A stretch of 64,000 bases of DNA from an uncultured Clostridia bacterium (GTDB lineage: Bacteria; Bacillota; Clostridia; TANB77; UBA1234), in NCBI GenBank assembly GCA_934169745.1, contig CAKPOE010000004.1, positions 72,268 through 136,267 on the forward strand, given 5' to 3'. Below the pieces are notes generated by a model, which was given only the letters and a program-made list of their open reading frames with translations, was not told where the DNA came from and did not search any database. Both the position numbers and the translations under genes were made by a program. This document shows positions 1 to 8,083 of this stretch, piece after piece. Every line of letters begins with the position of its first letter. The first letter of the stretch is position 1.

Positions 1-1290
1 AGCATCAGCATTCATAGATATTCTAACATCATCTCTTCCTTGAAATGTTATTGTTACATAGTAATCCGTTACTCCACCTGTAGTAGTTCCTTCCAACGGC
101 AATTTAGAAATCTTTCCTTCTATTGGTGTATCTTCTGTTTCAGACAATGCATCTATCGTTACAAGAACTTTTTTATCATAATCAAGTTTTGCAATATCAA
201 GTTCATCAACTGGGATTTTAAATTCTAGTTCATCCTTATTTGATATTGTAGACACTAACATTCCGGTCGAAACATTATCACCAACTTTTACATTCTGTGC
301 TGTGATAACTCCATCAATAGGTGCTGATATTGTATAATCTTTAAGTTTATCATTGGCGTATGCTAACTGGTCATACATATTTTGCAAACTCAATGCTGTT
401 GTTTGAGCGCTTGTAATCAAATCACTATTGGTCAATTCCAAAATCATATCACCACTATTAACAAATTGCCCATTTTTTACGTATAACTTGCTTACTGTTC
501 CAGAAGTTTCAGCTTTCACACTTCCAGCCTCTGTGGAATTAAACATTGCCTCATTTACACTTTTGAAAGTTCCTGTAGAAGTTGTAACTTCTGCACTTGC
601 ATACACTCCTGAAAGTGCATATTTACTATCTATAACTTGAACTGTAACATCAATAACTGTTGCACCACTTGAAAGTGTAGTAATACGATCTCCTACGAAA
701 CTCACAATTCCATCAACATAATTTAAAGAGCCTGTAAGCAAAGCTCTTGCATAATTGCCAACCTGTATTCTTCCGGCAGCAGAAGAAACAAATTGCAACG
801 TTACTTCATCTTTTTTAGAATTTGAGATATCACAAATCATAGAATTTGTCATAACATAATTTCCTTCTGAAACACTTAAATTACCTATATATCCGCTAGC
901 ATTTGCTGTTATTTTTAAGTTCTTAACTTGCTTGTCCAAGTTCGCCTTATTAAGTTCCGCTTGTTTTATTGCATTTTTCTGAGATTTAATAGTCATTTCA
1001 TAGTCAGAAGAATCTAATTTCAAGATTGCTTGTCCTTTCTCAACTCGCTCTCCTTCCATATGATATATTTCTTCCACCTTCCCAGAAACCTTTGCAATTT
1101 CATTTCTAGCTTCTGATGCAATTATAGTGCCAGAGCCCGTCACAGTCGAAACTATGTCCCCGCGTGACACTTCTGCTGTTCTATATGTTTCCTGTGTACT
1201 TTTTCCGCCGAAGAAAATTCGTACCACAACAAGAAGTATAACAACTACTAGTATTGTTTTTACCCATTTCTTCTTTAAAAATTCTTTCAT
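1..1290 (-). CDS. HlyD-family membrane-fusion / periplasmic adaptor subunit of an efflux transporter (C-terminus runs off window start)
   Basis: Minus-strand ORF from ATG at 1290-1288, open to position 1. N-terminus MKEFLKKKWVKTILVVVILLVVV is a single TM anchor, followed by coiled-coil and beta-barrel segments (…ISAPIDGVITAQNVKVGDNV…) typical of HlyD/MacA adaptors. Not in the ORF track because it is truncated by the window edge. Confidence 0.65.
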   Translation of the reverse strand, partial: MKEFLKKKWVKTILVVVILLVVVRIFFGGKSTQETYRTAEVSRGDIVSTVTGSGTIIASEARNEIAKVSGKVEEIYHMEGERVEKGQAILKLDSSDYEMTIKSQKNAIKQAELNKANLDKQVKNLKITANASGYIGNLSVSEGNYVMTNSMICDISNSKKDEVTLQFVSSAAGRIQVGNYARALLTGSLNYVDGIVSFVGDRITTLSSGATVIDVTVQVIDSKYALSGVYASAEVTTSTGTFKSVNEAMFNSTEAGSVKAETSGTVSKLYVKNGQFVNSGDMILELTNSDLITSAQTTALSLQNMYDQLAYANDKLKDYTISAPIDGVITAQNVKVGDNVSTGMLVSTISNKDELEFKIPVDELDIAKLDYDKKVLVTIDALSETEDTPIEGKISKLPLEGTTTGGVTDYYVTITFQGRDDVRISMNADA

Positions 1291-1481
1291 TTTAAACATC
1301 CCTTTCATAACTTAGTAGATTTTCCGAAAAAGATTATAGCACAAAGGCCTTGCAAAATAAAGAATTTTTACGCGAAAGTCACAAAACAAATAGCTAAACT
1401 TCTACGAATGCACAAGATTTGACAAATTTCTTTTTTGAGTTTAATATATTATTGTGATTTTAGTATGAAAGGACGATGTTC

Positions 1482-2000
1482 ATGAAGAAAATAAATTTGA
1501 ATAAAGAAATAAACTTAAATGAAGATGTTGATTTAAAAAAGGTATCTTCTAAAGCAAAAGGAACAATGAAAGAATTTAAAGATTTTGCAACGAAATGTAA
1601 TTTAATTGATATGGCTGTTGGTGTTGTTATAGGAACAGCTTTTAGCAAAATTGTAACTTCATTGGTTAATGATATTATAATGCCATTAATTAGCCTTGCA
1701 ACTCAAGGTATTGATTTTTCACAATTATTTATTTCACTAGACGGAAATACTTATGCAACTCTAGAAGAAGCCACTGCTGCTGGTGCAGCCACACTTACGT
1801 ATGGAAACTTTATTACAGCTGTAATCGATTTCCTTATAATTGCTTTTTCTATATTTATAGTAACTAAAAAGATTTTTGTAAGTCACAAAAAAGTGGAAGA
1901 AGCTCCTGCACCTGTAACAACAAAAATATGTCCATATTGTAAAACCGAAATCAATAAAGATGCTACAAGATGTCCAAATTGTACATCCGAATTACAATAA
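1482..2000 (+). CDS. mscL: Large-conductance mechanosensitive channel MscL with N-terminal extension and C-terminal CxxC…CxxC zinc-ribbon tail
   Basis: Core MKEFKDFATKCNLIDMAVGVVIGTAFSKIVTSLVNDIIMPLI matches the MscL TM1 signature; TM2 FLIIAFSIFIV follows. RBS GAAAGGA is 6 nt before ATG 1482; an alternative internal start at 1566 (MKEFKDF, RBS AAAGGA) is possible. C-terminus ends in CPYCKTEINKDATRCPNC. Confidence 0.85.
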   Translation: MKKINLNKEINLNEDVDLKKVSSKAKGTMKEFKDFATKCNLIDMAVGVVIGTAFSKIVTSLVNDIIMPLISLATQGIDFSQLFISLDGNTYATLEEATAAGAATLTYGNFITAVIDFLIIAFSIFIVTKKIFVSHKKVEEAPAPVTTKICPYCKTEINKDATRCPNCTSELQ

Positions 2001-2051
2001 CACATACCTGAAAATTGATTATCGGTATAATTATTCTATGTTTTCAATGCT

Positions 2052-2090
2052 GTAAGGTGTCGCCGTTCTCGGCGACACCTTACAGTTTTA
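2052..2090. terminator. Bidirectional rho-independent terminator between convergent mscL and ABC-F genes
   Basis: GC-rich hairpin gtaaggtgtcgccg-ttct-cggcgacaccttac, flanked by an A-tract upstream and a T-tract downstream. Confidence 0.7.
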
Positions 2091-2102
2091 TCATGTTTAC
2101 GT

Positions 2103-3725
2103 TTATTCTTCTTCAATTGTCAATGTTTCTCTCTTCTTTGCTGTTTCATCACTTTCCAAATATTCATCGTATGTCATTCTCTTATCTATAATTCCATTTG
2201 GAGTTATCTCTATTATTCTATTAGCCACAGTTTGTACAAACTGATGGTCATGTGATGTAAATAGTATTACTCCTTTAAAGTTTATAAGTGCATTGTTTAG
2301 CGCTGTTATAGATTCCAAATCCAAATGGTTAGTTGGCTCGTCAAATATCAATACATTTGCACCCGAAAGCATCATTTTTGCAAACATACATCTAACTTTT
2401 TCTCCACCAGAAAGCACATTAACTTTTTTCAAAGCTTCCTCACCGCTAAACAACATTCTTCCTAGGAAACCTCTTACAAAGGTCTCATCTTTTTCCTTAG
2501 AATATTGCATTAGCCACTCTACTAGTGTCAAATCTTGCATAAATTCTCTAGAATTATCTTTTGGAAAATAGGCTACTGAAGTTGTTATTCCAAATTTAAA
2601 ATCTCCACTTTCTTGTGCTTCATTGTCTGTTAATATTTCAAACAATTCCGTTTTTGCAGCACCCATAGGTCCAACAAATGCAATCTTATCACCATTTTGA
2701 ACATTGATTGAAATATTGTTCAAAAGTTTCTTTCCATCTTGAGTTTTTGTTAGATTATCAACAAACAAAATCTCTTTTCCTGGTTCTCTATCCATTTTAA
2801 AATCAATATATGGATATTTTCTGTTTGACGGTCTTATTTCGTCTAACTCAATTTTTTCCAATAACTTTTTACGAGATGTCGCTTGTTTCGACTTAGAAGC
2901 ATTCGCGCTAAATCTTCTTATGAACTCTTGTAATTCTTTTATTTTATCTTCTTTCTTTTTGTTTGCATCCTTCATTTGCTTTAATGCAAGTTGACTAGAT
3001 TCATACCAGAAATCATAGTTACCTGTATAGACTTGAATTTTTCCAAAGTCAATATCTGCAATATGTGTACACACTGTATTTAAGAAGTATCTGTCGTGAG
3101 ATACTACAATGACCGTGTTTTGGAAATTAATCAAGAATTCCTCAAGCCATTCAATTGCTTCAATATCCAAATAGTTTGTAGGCTCGTCTAGCAAAAGAAC
3201 ATCTGGGTTTCCAAAAAGTGCAGAAGCAAGTAGCACTTTAACCTTTTGAACCTCTGTTAATTCTTTCATACACTTGTCATGAAATTCTGTATCAACACCT
3301 AATCCATTAAGAAGTGTGCCAGCATCAGCTTCAGCATTCCATCCATCCATTTCTGCAAACTTTGCTTCAAGCTCTCCTGCTTTTATTCCATCTTCTTCGC
3401 TAAAATCAGGTTTTGCATATATTTCATCTTTTTCTTTCATTATTTTATAAAGCTCCGAATTACCCATGATAACAACTTGAAGTGCTTTAACATCTTCAAA
3501 TTCATGGTGATTTTGTTTCAAAACAGAAAGTCTTTCACCAGGGTTCATCGTAACCTCTCCTTGAGATGGTTCAATTTCTCCAGATAAAATCCTCAAAAAT
3601 GTAGTCTTACCAGCACCATTAGCACCAATCAATCCATAACAATTACCTGGTGTAAACTTAATATTTACATTTTCGAACAATGTTCTTTTACCAAATCTTA
3701 GTGTAACTCCATTTGCACAAATCAT
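2103..3725 (-). CDS. ABC-F family ATPase (two tandem ABC domains, no TM; ribosome-associated EttA/YkpA-like)
   Basis: 540 aa. Two Walker A motifs (GANGAGKTT and GPMGAAKTE), two LSGGE signatures and an inter-domain linker. Size and layout match ABC-F translation factors. Confidence 0.9.
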   Translation of the reverse strand: MICANGVTLRFGKRTLFENVNIKFTPGNCYGLIGANGAGKTTFLRILSGEIEPSQGEVTMNPGERLSVLKQNHHEFEDVKALQVVIMGNSELYKIMKEKDEIYAKPDFSEEDGIKAGELEAKFAEMDGWNAEADAGTLLNGLGVDTEFHDKCMKELTEVQKVKVLLASALFGNPDVLLLDEPTNYLDIEAIEWLEEFLINFQNTVIVVSHDRYFLNTVCTHIADIDFGKIQVYTGNYDFWYESSQLALKQMKDANKKKEDKIKELQEFIRRFSANASKSKQATSRKKLLEKIELDEIRPSNRKYPYIDFKMDREPGKEILFVDNLTKTQDGKKLLNNISINVQNGDKIAFVGPMGAAKTELFEILTDNEAQESGDFKFGITTSVAYFPKDNSREFMQDLTLVEWLMQYSKEKDETFVRGFLGRMLFSGEEALKKVNVLSGGEKVRCMFAKMMLSGANVLIFDEPTNHLDLESITALNNALINFKGVILFTSHDHQFVQTVANRIIEITPNGIIDKRMTYDEYLESDETAKKRETLTIEEE

Positions 3726-3744
3726 TTTCTCATTCTCCTTACAT

Positions 3745-4470
3745 TTATTTTTTTATCAAGATTATTCTTATTCTATTTTTTCTTGTTTCACCAATAACCT
3801 CTTTCATTTCAAGCCTTCCATAACCTCTTACAGAAATCAAATCACCAACCGAAACGTTTTTTGAATTCGATTTAACGACTTTGTAATTCAAATTAACAAG
3901 CTCCGCTTCTATTAAATTACTCGCCTTTTCTCTTGAAACTCCAAACCCAGAACTGACAACGGCATCCAAACGCATTGACGGAACTGTCATCTTAATTTCT
4001 TTTTCTTCTTTAGGAGCAATTATCAATTCAGAAATACTTTTCTTCTTTGTGTGAACTTTCTCTCTGCCAACCATTTTCAAATTATTCGCAATATAATTTG
4101 ATATACTTCCAAGAACAATCACATCTGCACATTTTTCATTTATGATAATGTCTCCTATCATCTCTCTTTTTACCCCAAGCCCAAGCACACTTCCAAGAAC
4201 ACTTCTGTGCGTTAACGCTTCATTACATTCTATTGAAACAACCTCCAAAAAATCTCCCACTTCGCCAGGTTCATCAGTTCCAATAATTAAGATTTTTCTT
4301 TCAGCGCCCTCATAGCCTCCATATAAATTGTATAAAACACTTTTCACAGCACCCATTACCTCGGCTTGTTCGGCTGGATCTAAAAACGATGTACAACAAA
4401 CTTCAAACGTTTTCTCATATTGCCTAACTTTATCAAAAGCCCTTGCCAACGCTAATTTACTCTTATCCAT
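3745..4470 (-). CDS. YlmH-like RNA-binding protein with C-terminal S4 domain
   Basis: C-terminal SMRLDAVVSSGFGVSREKASNLIEAELVNLNYKVVK is an S4 RNA-binding motif; overall layout is YlmH-like. Start placed at the internal Met (MDKSKLAL); the longer track ORF starts at an unlikely upstream codon. Confidence 0.6.
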   Translation of the reverse strand: MDKSKLALARAFDKVRQYEKTFEVCCTSFLDPAEQAEVMGAVKSVLYNLYGGYEGAERKILIIGTDEPGEVGDFLEVVSIECNEALTHRSVLGSVLGLGVKREMIGDIIINEKCADVIVLGSISNYIANNLKMVGREKVHTKKKSISELIIAPKEEKEIKMTVPSMRLDAVVSSGFGVSREKASNLIEAELVNLNYKVVKSNSKNVSVGDLISVRGYGRLEMKEVIGETRKNRIRIILIKK

Positions 4471-4573
4471 AAAATCAACCTCATCGGCAATTATACAACA
4501 AAAAGCCAAATAATGCAACCAGCAAAAGAGTATCACAAAAAATGAACTACTGATAACAGTAGTTCATTTTTAT

Positions 4574-5335
4574 TTATACATTAAATTTTCCGTTTTCGTA
4601 TGTAAATGGCATTTCAAAATGTAGCTCTCCATATACGTATGGTGCAATAGCTGCCGGATCGAAGTATATTATCAATTTTTGATCTTTTATATAAAACTTT
4701 TGTGTATCTGGCAAACTTGACAAGCCATTTCCGCCTACTAGTTCATATCCCTTTGTTTCTGCTTGTTCATTTATCTCTGCCAATATTTCTTTCTTATAAT
4801 CAACTTCTGCTTTAAACAAATCTTTCAAGAAGATTTCTTTGTTGGCACCTTTTGTAACATCCACTGTATATGTATCCTTCCAACTGTTTGAACGCATTCC
4901 GCCAGTTTGATAATCATTGCTTACCACCATTGATAAATATATATCATTTGCATATTTCTCGTATGAAACAACATACTTATACAATGTTGCCGCAGGTGTA
5001 TCCTCATCTATCATAGTTTCTATTTCATTTTGATAATCGATAACCGTTTGAAGCATTTTCTTATTCATGTATTCTTGAAATCTGCTATCATCTAAGTTCA
5101 TCAATTTCGGTATAGAAGTTCTTACGTCTCTATTCTTACTTGAATTGGTAATATTATATGGGTTTACAACAATCTTTTCTGCTGGACTCTTCTCAACAAC
5201 TTCACCCGGATTATCTGGTCCGACTGGCTCAACCGGCGCTTTTGAATTAACTAATACAACCACTAAAACAACCACTAATATAAGTAGCACCGCTACTGCT
5301 CCAATTATAATCATCTTCTTTGTTTTAGGACTCAT
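4574..5335 (-). CDS. Membrane-anchored DUF4163/DUF3298 (RsiV-like extracytoplasmic domain) protein
   Basis: N-terminal TM (IIIGAVAVLLILVVVLVVVLV) plus an extracytoplasmic region of the type found in RsiV / DUF3298 proteins. RBS GGAGGT lies 7 nt upstream of ATG at 5335. Confidence 0.65.
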   Translation of the reverse strand: MSPKTKKMIIIGAVAVLLILVVVLVVVLVNSKAPVEPVGPDNPGEVVEKSPAEKIVVNPYNITNSSKNRDVRTSIPKLMNLDDSRFQEYMNKKMLQTVIDYQNEIETMIDEDTPAATLYKYVVSYEKYANDIYLSMVVSNDYQTGGMRSNSWKDTYTVDVTKGANKEIFLKDLFKAEVDYKKEILAEINEQAETKGYELVGGNGLSSLPDTQKFYIKDQKLIIYFDPAAIAPYVYGELHFEMPFTYENGKFNV

Positions 5336-5353
5336 ATAAATTACCTCCATAAA

Positions 5354-6718
5354 TTATTCTTTAGTTTTCATCTTCTTAATCACGTACGAAGTAACTGGCA
5401 AAGTTACCATTGTTACTATAACTAATGCTGCAATTCTTACAATCTCAAGGCCAATCATTTCTGAATTCATCATTTCTCTTAAAGTGTATTTATAAATTGT
5501 AAGTGCCAAAACTTTCGGCATCAAGAACATTATAGCAAAAACAATTATAATATTCACTTGTTTTTCTAAAATTGTTTTAATTTTTTCTAAATCTCCCTCA
5601 TCGCTTAACATTTCTGAAACAATATTAGAAATTAAAACCGTTGCTATCATTAATATAGATAACATATATACTGCATTAAAGTCAACGTTTTTATTGATTA
5701 TATTTTCTGCGATTGAAACCGCTTCAAAGCTGTTTCCATTAAGTTTAGCTATGTTCATAATTCCAAGTACTAATAAAGTTGTAAATGCAATCATGCATAA
5801 TGTTATTACAAAACCTTGTATAGTTTTCTTTCCTAATCCCAACTTGTTAATCAAATTCACAAACGCAACTAGCACTACATCTATCAAAATTATAAAGAAT
5901 GTATTGTTGTTCTTTTTTGCTATTTCTACCTTTGTTGGAGAACCTGCATCATCAACTTGTAATATTGTTATTGTTGTATCCTCATCGATTTCTTCTTCTG
6001 TTGGGAAGTTCTCATCTTCACTTTCAAGTGTAATAATCTTGTTTGTCTTTGTAAACTCTGGGATAGTTACTACAAAAATTAAATCTACAACAAGTAACAC
6101 AAGTAATAGTGTTTTTAAACCTTTTTCTTTTCCAATCAGTACCACAAGCACGCCAGCTATAAGTATTGCAAAAACAATTCCCCAAACTCTTGATACGCCA
6201 GAGTCGTAACTAATAACATATGCTACTAATTTATCTTCATTTTCTGCAACTGTAACAAATATTCTATCTCCTGTTTTTACTTCCTTTATTTTCGTATTTT
6301 CATATGTATCTGGCACAAGATAAAACTCTGTTTCCAACTTCTCACCCGCATATTCGCCTTCCAATATCTCTATTACTATTGGCTGATATGTTCTTTTGTA
6401 TGGCATATAGTACTCCATTCCATACTCTGTTTTAACAGGCTCTACATCAATTACTTTTGCTTTAACCGTATCTGTAACCGTTGTATTAGCATCTTGTTCT
6501 CTCGAATATGCTAAATATTCACGGTAATATTCTTTGTATTCGCTTTGTGTATTCAAGCCATCATAAATATCATTTGCGTCATTTGGATCTTCAACAGTAA
6601 CTGAATCGTTACTTGTTGAGGATTCATTCTCAACATCTGCTAAATCAGCGTCTGTTGCAAAGCAAACTGTACTCAAACATACAACAAACACTAAAAGAAT
6701 TCTTAAAAATTTTTTCAT
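5354..6718 (-). CDS. YibE/F-family polytopic membrane protein with N-terminal secreted domain
   Basis: Signal peptide and ~170-aa extracellular region followed by many TM helices (GIVFAILIAGVLVVLIGKEKGLKTLLLVLLVVDLIFVV…), as in YibE/F. Confidence 0.5.
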   Translation of the reverse strand: MKKFLRILLVFVVCLSTVCFATDADLADVENESSTSNDSVTVEDPNDANDIYDGLNTQSEYKEYYREYLAYSREQDANTTVTDTVKAKVIDVEPVKTEYGMEYYMPYKRTYQPIVIEILEGEYAGEKLETEFYLVPDTYENTKIKEVKTGDRIFVTVAENEDKLVAYVISYDSGVSRVWGIVFAILIAGVLVVLIGKEKGLKTLLLVLLVVDLIFVVTIPEFTKTNKIITLESEDENFPTEEEIDEDTTITILQVDDAGSPTKVEIAKKNNNTFFIILIDVVLVAFVNLINKLGLGKKTIQGFVITLCMIAFTTLLVLGIMNIAKLNGNSFEAVSIAENIINKNVDFNAVYMLSILMIATVLISNIVSEMLSDEGDLEKIKTILEKQVNIIIVFAIMFLMPKVLALTIYKYTLREMMNSEMIGLEIVRIAALVIVTMVTLPVTSYVIKKMKTKE

Positions 6719-7119
6719 AAAAACCTCCGCATAGAAAAATTAAGTAGTCCTATAGGAAATTATACCCCTATAAAATTGAGATTACAACATTTTTTTGTGT
6801 GCAAAACAAAAGAGGGAACCCCAGCATGGCATAACGCCTCTACCAGGGCCCCTCTTTTGTATGAAGTCTATACTCATAATATAGTGGTACCTGTCCTTTG
6901 TCAACAAGTTCTCATCGCAATATTCGACATTCTTCGACACATACATATAAACACCATGAGAGTTGCTACTTTCAACGACACGAAAACATTGTACTACACT
7001 TTTATTTCTCGGGTCGCCGAAGGCGGCGACACCCTACATAATTTGTCACATTTACAGTAACTTGTTTGCTAGTTTTTGCAAGTCGGCAGGGTACAGTGCC
7101 CCTGCCCTACAACACTTTT

Positions 7120-7157
7120 ACACAACAAAAAACGAGATAAGAAATTCTTATCTCGTT
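7120..7157 (-). terminator. Terminator of the tRNA-Lys/Glu/Thr operon
   Basis: Perfect hairpin aaacgagataagaa-att-cttatctcgttt immediately 3' of tRNA-Thr, followed on the minus strand by TTTTTT. Confidence 0.7.
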
Positions 7158-7233
<76 letters not shown>

Positions 7234-7239
7234 AACATG

Positions 7240-7314
7240 TGGTGACCCGGAGGAGAGTCGAACTCCTCACTCCGCCGTGAAAGGGCGATGTCTTAACCGA
7301 TTGACCACCGGGCC
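7240..7314 (-). tRNA. tRNA-Glu (anticodon UUC), CCA encoded
   Basis: Reverse complement GGCCCGGTGGTCAATCGGTTAAGACATCGCCCTTTCACGGCGG…GAGTTCGACTCTCCTCCGGGTCACCA. Close to Bacillus tRNA-Glu. Confidence 0.9.
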
Positions 7315-7319
7315 TACTA

Positions 7320-7395
7320 TGGTGAGCTATCCGCGATTCGAACGCGGGACAACTTGATTAAAAGTCAAGTGCTCTGCCAACTGAGCTAATAGCCC
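7320..7395 (-). tRNA. tRNA-Lys (anticodon UUU), CCA encoded
   Basis: Reverse complement GGGCTATTAGCTCAGTTGGCAGAGCACTTGACTTTTAATCAAG…GCGTTCGAATCGCGGATAGCTCACCA. Confidence 0.9.
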
Positions 7396-7424
7396 TCGTA
7401 GTTGTTTACCACAACTGCTTCTCT

Positions 7425-7453
7425 ATGTTACAACATTTTGAAGCAGTTGTCAA
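7425..7453 (-). promoter_or_regulatory. Putative sigma-A promoter of the tRNA operon
   Basis: Minus strand TTGACA-N17-TAACAT about 30 nt upstream of tRNA-Lys. Confidence 0.35.
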
Positions 7454-7477
7454 CAAAATTTTCAATTTTTTTTGTTT

Positions 7478-7660
7478 TTATGCATTAATTTTTTCTAGAA
7501 CCTCTTCAACATCTATTCCATGTACTAAGCAAGCCTCTTCTAAAGACTCTCCTGCCGATGCTGGACATCCCAAACAATGCATTCCTGCAGCCATTAAAAT
7601 TTCAGCTGCTTCTGGTTTTGTTTGTAAAATTTCTCCAATTAAAGTTTCTTTTGTTATCAT
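7478..7660 (-). CDS. DUF1858-family small redox/disulfide protein (60 aa)
   Basis: MITKETLIGEILQTKPEAAEILMAAGMHCLGCPASAGESLEEACLVHGIDVEEVLEKINA; the conserved HCxGC motif is typical of DUF1858 (hybrid-cluster-protein-associated) proteins. Confidence 0.7.
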   Translation of the reverse strand: MITKETLIGEILQTKPEAAEILMAAGMHCLGCPASAGESLEEACLVHGIDVEEVLEKINA

Positions 7661-7797
7661 AATCTCACCTCCTAATATATTAAACCATAATTTTCTTTCT
7701 ATACTTGTCGATTATCGTATTCCTTATATCTCATAAGTTGTATCGCATTATTGTCGAATTTTGTAAGTCGATTTTTTGGCTTTTTTCAAAATAATAC

Positions 7798-7825
7798 TAG
7801 ACAAATTTCTCTTTCATGTTATAAT
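7798..7825 (+). promoter_or_regulatory. Sigma-A-type promoter of T4SS-like module 1 (extended -10)
   Basis: TAGACA-N16-TGtTATAAT. A strong RBS (AAAGGTGGTG) and ATG at 7847 lie downstream. A perfect 0A-box heptamer TGTCGAA sits at 7752-7758 upstream. Confidence 0.5.
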
Positions 7826-7846
7826 GCGCTTAAAGGTGGTGATGAA

Positions 7847-8083
7847 ATGAAATTGCACCAATACTACCTTTTCTTATTTTTAGTATTACCTATACTATCG
7901 ATTATTTTGAATTCTGTATTACCAACTCCCATTTTGATTAAAATATTTTTCTACTCGTTATTAGTTCATACAGTAGTTTCACTATACATGGTATACTCTC
8001 TTTTTGAAGTACGCATTCTTCACGAAAAGCAAGGTTCCAAACTAACTTTAAGCAAAGGTAAGATAACTACAGACTGGAGATGA
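7847..8083 (+). CDS. Small two-TM membrane protein, first gene of T4SS-like module 1
   Basis: 78 aa: MKLHQYYLFLFLVLPILSIILNSVLPTPILIKIFFYSLLVHTVVSLYMVYSLF… Its stop overlaps the ATG of the next gene (ATGA coupling). The track ORF start at 7751 lies upstream of the promoter. Confidence 0.45.
   Translation: MKLHQYYLFLFLVLPILSIILNSVLPTPILIKIFFYSLLVHTVVSLYMVYSLFEVRILHEKQGSKLTLSKGKITTDWR

Noticed and set aside
2293-2571. Plus-strand 92-aa ORF, and many similar 60-170-aa ORFs antisense to long genes (e.g. 5694-6209, 15466-15846, 16469-17335, 18175-18684, 23333-23650, 30051-30305, 35721-36068, 44275-44970, 51754-52113, 55573-56058)
   Set aside because: They lie entirely inside, and antisense to, well-supported genes (ABC-F, gyrA, ispG, mreB, minE and others). 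They lack RBSs and have low-complexity Ser/Phe/Ile-rich translations typical of chance ORFs in AT-rich DNA.
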